Assembly (NCBI RefSeq): GCF_000355765.4
Contig: NZ_CP021106.3
Coordinates: 559,137-591,136, forward strand
DNA length: 32,000 nucleotides
Direction of reading: 5' to 3'
Origin: Nitrosospira lacus
Lineage (GTDB): Bacteria > Pseudomonadota > Gammaproteobacteria > Burkholderiales > Nitrosomonadaceae
This document shows, piece by piece, positions 24,626 through 32,000 of the stretch (position 1 is the stretch's first letter; each line of letters starts with the position of its first letter). The notes below the pieces were generated by a model, which worked only from the letters and a program-made list of their open reading frames with translations, ran no database searches and had not been told where the DNA came from. The position numbers were made by a program, and so were the translations under genes.

Positions 24626-24991
24626 TCATAGCCGTTTATCGCGGCGAAGCCTGCGATTGACCTGCCAATGGTAAAACCGGCTCAGCAAAGGCCGAACGAG
24701 AGGCAACCCGATAAGCCAGGCCAGCGGCTTCAATACCGACACCTTGCTCATGAGGATAATATAGGCATCCAGCTCTGAAAGAATTCCCCGGTGCTCATCT
24801 TTGACGTGCAGCTCGGTCAATGCCTTGCGAGGATCGATGCCGCATGCACGCAGCTCGTCGTCTCTGCCGGTAATGTCGACCCAGACCACATCATTATTCT
24901 TTCCGCCCGCGAGCCGCTCATAGTTGCGCCTGTCCTTGACACAACTCGGGCAGGCGCCATCGTAATAAACAGTAACCTTATTTCGCTCCAT
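24626..24991 (-). CDS. DCC1-like thiol-disulfide oxidoreductase family protein (DUF393)
   Basis: 121-aa ORF with N-terminal VYYDGACPSCVKD (YDGxCxxC), as in the DCC family. Confidence 0.85.
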   Translation of the reverse strand: MERNKVTVYYDGACPSCVKDRRNYERLAGGKNNDVVWVDITGRDDELRACGIDPRKALTELHVKDEHRGILSELDAYIILMSKVSVLKPLAWLIGLPLVRPLLSRFYHWQVNRRLRRDKRL

Positions 24992-25147
24992 CCTTATACG
25001 GATAGCTTCTCAGATATATGGTGAACGCTTTAGAGATTTCGATCCTCAACTGCTTCAGCTAAGTGGAGGTTTCCGGTTCCTCGCCGCGATACATTTTCCC
25101 AGACCGGCTCCAACCATAAACGAAAAGAACTTATTGGTGCTGCTGTC

Positions 25148-26370
25148 ATGTCTACACCAGTCTCAGCACTCCCCGTTAGGATAACAAAATCCGTTGTGGA
25201 TAGGTTGCACGCTCCAGCAGCAGGGCAAGTTTTTACCCGCGACTCCGAACTAAAAGGTTTTGCGGTCCGCATTACTGCCTCTGGTGCCAAGTCGTTCATT
25301 TTGGAAAAACGTATCGACGGCAAAGTAAAGCGGCTTACTCTTGGTCGCTATCCTGAACTGACGGTCGAGCAAGCCCGAAAAGAAGCGCATAGGCTCTTGG
25401 GACATATCGCTACCGGGCGCAATCCTACTGCCGAGAAAAAGCAAAAAGCGCTGCAAGGCACAACCCTGCAACAAGCCTTCGATGATTTCTTGACCGCCAG
25501 AAAGACCCTTAAACCTCGCACGCTCTATGACTATAAGCGACTAATGAAAATCCCGTTTCCCGATTGGCAAAATAAAGCGCTGGTTGAAATCAACAAAGAA
25601 ATGGTTGCCAAGCGTCACACCAAAGTGGGTACGGAACATGGCGAAGCTTACGCCAATCTATCCATGCGTTTTTGCGCGCATTATTCAATTTCTCTATTGC
25701 ACAGTATGAAGACGGCAGCGGCGATGCCATTTTGCGGGAAAACCCAGTGGTGCGGCTTACGCAGACCCGCGCATGGTATCGGGTAGAACGCCGCCAGACC
25801 GTCATTAAGTCACACCAGGTCGCACCGTGGTATCAAGGGGTCATGCTGCTCAAGCATGACAAAACTTCTCAACAGTCGGGCTTGGTAGCCGATTATCTGC
25901 TCTTCCTGCTGTTTACCGGGCTACGCCGTCAAGAAGCTGCAACTCTAAAATGGTCCGATATCGATTTACACGGCCGGTCATTTACCGTCAGTGACACCAA
26001 GAATCGGGAACCGCTCACATTGCCGCTTACAGATTTTGTTTGCAGCTTATTGGAAAGCCGAAAAGCTGCCGCAGATTCTGAGTATGTTTTTGCCGGAAAC
26101 GGAAAGGCCGGGTATTTGATCGAGCCTCGTCATCAGGTTCAGCAGGTGAGAGATGCGTCCGGCGTTTCCTTTACGCTGCATGATCTACGCCGTAGTTATA
26201 TTACCACTGCCGAAAGTATCGACATCTCGGCTTATGCCTTGAAGCGTCTGGTGAATCATAAAATGAGCAATGACGTGACAGCGGGCTATATCGTTAATGA
26301 TGTGGAACGGCTGCGAGAGCCGATGCAAAGAATAACCAATTATATACTTAGAATCATTAGTCCCGAATAG
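25148..26370 (+). pseudogene. int: P4/CP4-57-type tyrosine integrase split by a frameshift in a T5 run
   Basis: Track ORF 25148..25786 carries the DUF4102-like arm-binding N-terminus (…LKGFAVRITASGAKSFILEKRIDGKVKRLTLGRYPELTVEQARKEA…). ORF 25672..26370 carries the catalytic domain (LLFTGLRRQEA, HDLRRSY, LVNH, AGYI). The frames meet at TTTTT 25669-25673, and one extra T would give the continuous …SMRFLRALFNFSIAQ… of about 407 aa. Confidence 0.85.
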
Positions 26371-26526
26371 CTTTAACTAATCGTCGAGCGAATCCGGCAA
26401 ACGATCGTAAGTTACTGCTTTCGACCCCGAACGGACGGCTGACCTTCTTCAGAACAGTCGATTAACATCCAGTCTCAGAGGCCGGAGCGTCGCTCCGTGT
26501 CCTAACGGCGATCATTGCCCCCACGG

Positions 26527-26542
26527 TTGCTATCGATAGCAA
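26527..26542. promoter_or_regulatory. Perfect 16-bp palindrome TTGCTATCGATAGCAA upstream of the MPE gene (candidate operator)
   Basis: Read directly. It lies about 135 bp upstream of ATG 26676. A second palindrome, CGGAGCG-t-CGCTCCG, is at 26483-26497. Confidence 0.35.
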
Positions 26543-26675
26543 AAGAGTCATCGGTTGGGGAATCGGGTGACTTGCACGTATGCACGATTGGCGACCGGGA
26601 ATAATATGTACTATATTGAATTTGCAACACTTAAAACCAAGCCAAGGTTCGTCAAACGATAAAAGGTTCGCCGCT

Positions 26676-28805
26676 ATGAGCAAAGACAATAACGTAATCC
26701 GCATAGCACATATCAGCGACTTACATTTTGGTGCTACCAGTTCCGAGGAAGAAACAAGGATTTGGGATAGACTGGTAACTTACTTTACCGACAGTCTGCA
26801 GCCACATTTCGTTCTTGTAACTGGCGATATTGTAAATACCCCAAATAAAGATTTATACACCCGATCCAAGAGGCACTTGGACAGACTAGTTCTAGATGGA
26901 GGGTATCGCGTATGTCCAGGCAATCATGATCGCTTCACCTTAGGTAATAAACTTTTCGCCAGCACCGAGTATGTATTTAGCATAAAGGATGCGCCATTTT
27001 TTGACCAAACGTTTAGTGGCAAGGTATTAGTACCCCATTCTTCATATACCAAGACATTTAGGGAACCGGGCAACGAATGGCGCTGCAGGTTTCTCGGCTG
27101 CGATACCTCAGACAACGACAAAAAAAAATATTTTGCACAAGGAGCTGTAGATGGGGGAACCATCGATGCATTGCGCAAGAGTGCTCTCGATCAGGATGAA
27201 GAAGGAAAAAAGATCGACATCGTTTTTCTCTTACTTCATCACCATTTATTACCAATACCAGCTCTTGAGACAACAGTCACCAATCTGAGTTCGCTGGTGA
27301 ATTTCACGGGTCTACTCAACTCCGGGAGATTACTAAACTCTTTGGCCGAATCTCACGTCAACATCGCATTGCACGGTCACGAACACCATAGCAGCGTGGC
27401 CCGTTTTGGAACCCTTAGCGGTTTACAAGGACAAGTAGTGGTCGTTGCCGCAGGTTCTGCGACAGGCACCGAAACAGGTATAGGATGGGACATCAAGAGA
27501 ACTCGTTTCAACGTCATAGAATTACACCCGGACCGGACCGTAAAACTCAAGAAAATCACATACGACAGCACATCTGAGCGGCTCGTCGACCATGCCGAGG
27601 AGGTGCCGATTGCCTTGCTGAGCGCCGAAGATGTGCGGCGCGCGAGTTTTTTACGCCAATGTGCCAGAGAAAGGAGTACAAGCCTGGATACCCCGAGGAG
27701 CCGAATAAGCAAGTTTTTCGATTTTCGAGACAATCGCGATATCTTGATTACTGAGACTCGCACAGAATGTATCGTTGAAAACACGTATGTGACGCATACT
27801 TGCAATCGTTCCGGTTTCCTGACCGATGCGGCCATGGACATCGAATGGTACACGGGCGCCTCCACCGAACAGTCCAGCGAATTTAAACGGACTAACGACG
27901 GCAACAACAGTTACGAAGCCGTGTTCGCAAACCTCACTGGAGACGACCGTATTCATGGTGTTCGCCGTTTGAGTAAGCAATGGAAATGGAACTGCGGCGC
28001 GGTCTTTTCTGTTGAAGAGATTAAGTCAATCCCTGATTCAGGAGAGTTCAGGAAGGAAAATCGTGAATTTGTGGCCGCGTTTGTCGATATTGATTTGGAA
28101 GAACTCAACATTTTGGTGAAGCTTCCCGAACAATTCGCTCCTGATGTTGATGAAATTTGTGTTTTCACGCAACTAGATAACGATAAAGCACAGCCTCATG
28201 AATCACTAAGAAAGCATGTTAATAAATATGGAAACGGCATCTTTAATTTAAGAATACCGTACCCATACAAAAGATATAAATATATTTTATCATGGCCAGT
28301 TGTAACAAAATTACCCGTCGATAAAAGAGATTCTGCTATAGCAAAAAATATTCGCGATGCAAGCTCACAGATACTGACTGATATAATGCGAATATTGGGC
28401 GAATGGAAAATCCCAGAAACCAGTAATGTTGCGCTTTATTTGCCATTACAGAACAAAATAAAGATTAATGTACTAGAATGCGTGACGCCAAGAAACCTTT
28501 CACCGGAAACGCTTTCCCTCCAAGCCGTTGATTCTTTAGCCAGGGCAGCGTGGTGGGGAAGATTGCGTATTTGGGCGCCTGAAGACTCGGATTCCCAGAT
28601 AACTTCTGTCCATGGCGAGACTCTAATCGCACTGGTTCCTATCGGATTTGGAAGAACCCTTGGCGGCTCCGCCGCTGCTTTGCTCAGAATTGGACTACAG
28701 ACAGCAACTTCGGATATTGAGGAGCAGGCCCAGGCTTTGGAGTCTACCCTTGAACACGTGTCAGCACATGTATTAGAACGATGCTTCAACCGTAATAGAA
28801 CGTAA
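26676..28805 (+). CDS. Calcineurin-like metallophosphoesterase fused to an uncharacterised ~380-aa C-terminal region
   Basis: Likely start is ATG 26676 (the track ORF starts at 26580), giving 709 aa. All five MPE motifs occur in order: ISDLHFG, VTGDIVN, PGNHDRF, LLLHHHLLP, ALHGHEHH. I cannot place the rest of the protein in any family. It is AT-richer than the core genes. Confidence 0.85.
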   Translation: MSKDNNVIRIAHISDLHFGATSSEEETRIWDRLVTYFTDSLQPHFVLVTGDIVNTPNKDLYTRSKRHLDRLVLDGGYRVCPGNHDRFTLGNKLFASTEYVFSIKDAPFFDQTFSGKVLVPHSSYTKTFREPGNEWRCRFLGCDTSDNDKKKYFAQGAVDGGTIDALRKSALDQDEEGKKIDIVFLLLHHHLLPIPALETTVTNLSSLVNFTGLLNSGRLLNSLAESHVNIALHGHEHHSSVARFGTLSGLQGQVVVVAAGSATGTETGIGWDIKRTRFNVIELHPDRTVKLKKITYDSTSERLVDHAEEVPIALLSAEDVRRASFLRQCARERSTSLDTPRSRISKFFDFRDNRDILITETRTECIVENTYVTHTCNRSGFLTDAAMDIEWYTGASTEQSSEFKRTNDGNNSYEAVFANLTGDDRIHGVRRLSKQWKWNCGAVFSVEEIKSIPDSGEFRKENREFVAAFVDIDLEELNILVKLPEQFAPDVDEICVFTQLDNDKAQPHESLRKHVNKYGNGIFNLRIPYPYKRYKYILSWPVVTKLPVDKRDSAIAKNIRDASSQILTDIMRILGEWKIPETSNVALYLPLQNKIKINVLECVTPRNLSPETLSLQAVDSLARAAWWGRLRIWAPEDSDSQITSVHGETLIALVPIGFGRTLGGSAAALLRIGLQTATSDIEEQAQALESTLEHVSAHVLERCFNRNRT

Positions 28806-28874
28806 AAGTGTTAGAATCTTTTTTCCACTTTTGGTGTCCAATTTAAATTAGATTATATTTTGTGAAGGTGCCAT

Positions 28875-29093
28875 ATGAAGATTTTTTACTCAAGAATGAC
28901 CAAAGACGGCATAAGGATTGCTAATATTAGCACCGTTCCCGATAAGACTTCTGTATCAGAAGAGTTTTGCCGCGTGACTCCAGGGAGCGGAATCCCCTTG
29001 TCGACGCTTTCCCCTCGCCATCAGGTTAAACTGATGCGCGGCGAATCTATCGGTTCAGATCAATTGTGGGCTGACGTAGGTTTAAAAGCTTAA
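28875..29093 (+). CDS. Hypothetical 72-aa protein downstream of the MPE gene
   Basis: ATG preceded by AAGGTG, with a promoter-like TTGGTG (28831-28836), 17 nt, TATATT (28854-28859). No recognisable motif. Confidence 0.4.
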   Translation: MKIFYSRMTKDGIRIANISTVPDKTSVSEEFCRVTPGSGIPLSTLSPRHQVKLMRGESIGSDQLWADVGLKA

Positions 29094-29129
29094 GATTTGT
29101 AGCGCGAATTAACGCATAGCTGGATGTCC

Positions 29130-29371
29130 CTTCGCGATTCGAACGGCCGTTTCCTTGTGAGTGGAATTTCGAGGTGGAGCAGTACGATTGCATGAAATGG
29201 ATGGCCTCACGGTTCCCGAAGCGGCCATCGCTGCCGTAGGGAACGCTGAAGAGTTGGGTTTATGCCGCCCGCAAAGGTAACATGGGCGAAGTAGGTAAGG
29301 GGCAGAGGCCGTTGATCGAGTTGGAAATGGAACGGGCACGGGCTTGTCCCATTTGTGAACCCCATCAATAG
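29130..29371 (+). pseudogene. IS3-family transposase OrfA (HTH) remnant with frameshifts
   Basis: Frame from 29161: VEFRGGAVRLHEMDGLTVPEAAIAAVGNAEELG. Frame from 29240: GTLKSWVYAARKGNMGEVGKGQRPLIELEMERARA. Together these resemble IS3/IS911 OrfA (EFK.EAV.L….TV.EAA..…TL..WV…R……E.E..R). At least two frame changes are needed and no orfB follows. Confidence 0.45.
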
Positions 29372-29730
29372 GAAATTTTCTGCGGTGCAAGCTTGAAGTA
29401 TAAACATCAATCCCATCTGTTGCACATTTCATACAGCTTTTTCTAAAAAATATTAATTTTTTTGCTCCGATGTGCCATAGCAATAACGTAAGGCACGAGT
29501 TTAATTATCAAATGCTGGCTCGGCACCTTAACTGCGTGACGCTAGCCCAAGCGCAGAATTGCAAACAACGCCAATTCAAACGCTTATCTGTTATCTTTCC
29601 ACCGGCTCGTGGAAGTATTTAACGCCCCTCCAAGCTTTTAGGTTGTCAATCGTCTGCAATAGGACGTTCCATCTTATTTCCAATTCTTGCATTCTGCCTT
29701 CAACAATTAACAATCCATGGGGACAGAAAC

Positions 29731-30031
29731 ATGAAAGGAAATTTACTTACAACGAAAGAAGCTGCTCTATGCCTGGGCGCCGTCATCCTGATTGTTTAGC
29801 CATACCCATGCATGAAGAATATGTGCGCCTATATAACGCTCATGGGAAGAAAAAGCCGAAGCCTTTCTTCATGAGATTAGCAACCAGCTCACAAGTAAAA
29901 CATTAAGTCTTGGTGCAACCGATGAGGAAATCAACGCCTTTGCCCGCAAGCTTGCAGATCAATTTTTTCGCCTGCAACGCTGGTTCGCGAATTCTGCCGT
30001 TGCAGGCCCGATTCTCTGCCATATCGCTTAG
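29731..30031 (+). pseudogene. AlpA/MerR-type HTH (excisionase-like regulator) pseudogene with a frameshift and three in-frame stops
   Basis: MKGNLLTTKEAALCLG (ATG 29731) stops after 22 codons. The shifted frame continues APSS*LFSHTHA*RICAPI*RSWEEKAEAFLHE…, matching the usual LG.S..TLY…….P.PI….RW.E.D.E.WL pattern except for the TGA, TGA and TAA stops. Confidence 0.4.
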
Positions 30032-30163
30032 ACGAAATATGACGTTACCCCACCAGGGATGAACAAAGCCAGCGGTAAGGTATCTCCATCTGTATGTAAG
30101 CGTGATGACATTACAGCCTTTCTCGGCGACAGTGCTTGTAGCAAGCCCCGGCTATTTCTATTT

Positions 30164-30362
30164 CCTGTAACCGTATCCGATACGGAAGAATCGGCATCTT
30201 TAGCGAGTTCATTGGAAGAGAAGCCTGTAACAGGTACAGGAAAAAGCGGTGGGCAAAGTTCCATAGCGGCATCCGTTACAGACAGACAGGCTCCTGTAAC
30301 GGTAACAGGGAATCTAATCCTTCTTTTCCTGTAACCGTAATGGGAAAATCCGGTCCTGTAAC
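30164..30362. repeat. Iteron-like array of the 8-mer CCTGTAAC (5 perfect direct copies plus inverted variants)
   Basis: Direct copies at 30164, 30224, 30293, 30328 and 30355, each followed by a loose nGTAnnnGG extension. Inverted near-copies at 30233-30240, 30275-30281 and 30302-30309. Confidence 0.75.
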
Positions 30363-30653
30363 TGATACTGGTGCAGGAGTTGCCGACATGGGAATTCTAA
30401 CGCGTCTCGCGGATGAATACTGGTGGCGACAGGTATTGCGTACGGTTCATGTCCCGCACTTTGAACATAGCGCAATCCGCTTTGGATTGGTACATCGCCG
30501 CAAAGGCAAGTACGTCAGTGATGAGACTTTAAAGACGCCAGAAGCGAGACCAGTCAACGCGAGCTAGCGCTAAAATTCGGTCTAACTGAGCGGCAGATCC
30601 GCAACATCCTCGGAGCTAATGGAACGGACAAGATGCAAGCCGACTTGTTCTAG
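30340..30653 (+). pseudogene. Truncated, frameshifted replication-protein-like gene remnant
   Basis: ORF 30340..30567 contains ADEYWWRQVLRTVHVPHFEHSAIRFGLVHRRKGKYVSDETL. From memory this resembles a conserved N-terminal block of P2 GpA-type replication endonucleases. After its stop, another frame continues SQRELALKFGLTERQIRNILG…* (to 30653). The total is far shorter than a functional Rep. Confidence 0.3.
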
Positions 30654-30816
30654 GATGGTGTAATTCTCTATTTTATTCAGCGCTGCTGCAATAGAGAAGT
30701 TATTATACCGACGCCAAAAATCAGAAAATTGTGCATAAATAAAATATGATGCCCATATAAAAATATCGGGATGGAGAAATTCCTCCATGTATTTATATCA
30801 ACAACGGAGATATTTG

Positions 30817-32000
30817 AATGCGACTAACAAAGGCACGGATACAAAAATATCGCAGCATACGCGACACAGGATTCTTCGATGTTGAGTCCGATAAGACAAT
30901 ATTGGTGGGGCCAAACGAAGCTGGGAAGACTGCGGTGCTTCGGGCACTTCAGCAGTTGAATCCGCCCGATGACGTGCGAGCGTTCGACATCTTACGTGAT
31001 TACCCGCGCTCCGAGTACAACGATATAACCCTGGGGAAAGTGGATCCGGCGAAAGTAACTATTGTGGAAGGACATTTTACTCTTGAGCCAGAAGATCAGG
31101 CCTTACTTGCAGATGATTTTAAGGGCTGTACTTATATTCGTGGAAGAACTCTTGATAACCGGCGATGGCACCGGCTCATCGGAGCGCCCGAAATTCATAA
31201 ATATGGGGATATCGATAAAGATCTAGCACGACTTTGCGCCCACGTCGATTCTAGCGTGTCATCGGTAGAGGGCATCGATTTGCCGCAGACAAAGCCCAGT
31301 TCGACTCTAGAGGTGATAACGAATAATTGGACTAGCACGACACTGATTAGCGGTGAACTCGCAAAGAAACTGAAGCAATGGCTCTCAAGTATTTTTCAGT
31401 ATATAGAGGAAGGCAACTCAAAAGAGGAGGCGCGTCATCAGCGACTTCTCGATGCATGTATCGTATCTGAAGCAAGACAGAATACTATTGCGATTCTAGA
31501 CGATCGTGTGCCCGTCTTCGTTTTGTTCAGTAATTATTTCCGTGTGCGCCCTGTCATCCATTTGGAGCATCTCGCATCTCGTCTTGAAACGGGAGTTATG
31601 GATGACGAACAATACGACTATGGCAATCAGTGTTTGTTAAAGCTTTTAGGATTCACTGCTCGTGAATTGTCGAATCTTGGAAAGGCGCCCGAACCCCCCG
31701 CCCACGATCCGGCGGCTCTGCTAGCTTACCGAGATCAGCTTGATAAACGGTCATATCAGCTGAATGGGGCTGAAGTTCGCCTTACGAATGACATACGAGC
31801 TGTTTGGCTACCAGACACAAGTCGTGGGGAGGCAGACCGCCTACGTGTGGTTGCCGACGGTCAATATCTAAAAGTTGTCGTCGAAGACTCCTTGGGAGTA
31901 AATATCGAATTAGACCAGCGATCTGAGGGCTTCCAGTGGCTTGTCTCGTTCTTTGTAGTCTTTTTTGCGGAAGCCGTTGACAAACATGAGAATGCGGTCC
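30817..32000 (+). CDS. ABC/OLD-like (AAA_15/AAA_21-type) ATPase, 5' partial (continues beyond the window)
   Basis: ATG 30817 after ACGGAGA. MRLTKARIQKYRSIRDTGFFDVESDKTILVGPNEAGKTAVLRAL (Walker A) … a long helical insert … LDQRSEGFQWLVSFFVVFFAE (ABC-signature-like SxGxQ). Open to the last base, and missing from the ORF track because there is no stop. Confidence 0.85.

Noticed and set aside
24134-25147. Expected tRNA/tmRNA integration target next to the P4-type integrase; also the 83-aa ORF 24318..24569 and a 46-codon ORF at 24349..24489
   Set aside because: No GGTTCGAATCC-type T-arm or acceptor stem was found by eye. The small ORFs lack supporting motifs, so they are left unannotated.
25664-25680. 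Programmed -1 ribosomal frameshift in the integrase
   Set aside because: Only five T residues are present, so there is no X XXY YYZ slippery heptamer, and I see no obvious downstream stimulatory structure. A mutation or homopolymer sequencing error is simpler.
29109-29483. 124-aa - strand ORF, and the idea of a tRNA-like or structured ncRNA (GATTCGAAC-containing, GC-rich stretch)
   Set aside because: No cloverleaf or T-arm can be built around the TTCGAA motif. The + strand translations instead resemble a frameshifted IS3 OrfA, which explains the region better.
30059-30334. 91-aa ORF with a recurring P-V-T peptide motif
   Set aside because: The PVT repeats are a by-product of the CCTGTAAC DNA 8-mer. 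The copies fall in different phases, and one copy provides this ORF's own TAA stop.
30582-30788. 68-aa - strand ORF between the Rep remnant and the ATPase gene
   Set aside because: The region is AT-rich, with no SD and no motif. It is more likely the promoter or junction region for the ATPase gene.

Overview
This window covers the chromosomal replication-origin neighbourhood of a betaproteobacterial ammonia oxidiser (AmoA/AmoB look Nitrosospira-type). It continues into an ammonia monooxygenase/copper gene cluster and then a visibly AT-richer accessory island that begins at an integrase gene. Gene order: glyA (5' partial, -); gyrB-dnaN-dnaA (-); divergent rpmH-rnpA-yidD-yidC-mnmE-mnmG-rsmG-parA-parB (+), with two parS sites and DnaA-box clusters; amoC-amoA-amoB-amoE-amoD-copC-copD (+) plus a His-tailed secreted protein; an UMF1-type MFS transporter and a DCC thiol-disulfide protein (-). 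From about 25.1 kb the island holds: a frameshifted P4-type tyrosine integrase; a 709-aa metallophosphoesterase fusion protein whose roughly 380-aa C-terminal half I cannot assign, with a 72-aa companion ORF; decayed remnants of an IS3 OrfA, an AlpA-like regulator and a Rep-like gene next to an 8-mer iteron array; and a 5'-partial ABC/OLD-like ATPase that runs off the window end. The most plausible place for an undescribed system is the cargo of this decayed integrative element, meaning the MPE fusion plus small ORF and the ATPase module that continues past 32000. I cannot prove function from sequence alone. By eye I saw no rRNA, tRNA or CRISPR array. Most extra ORFs in the track within the GC-rich amo/copD region are frame or antisense shadows.
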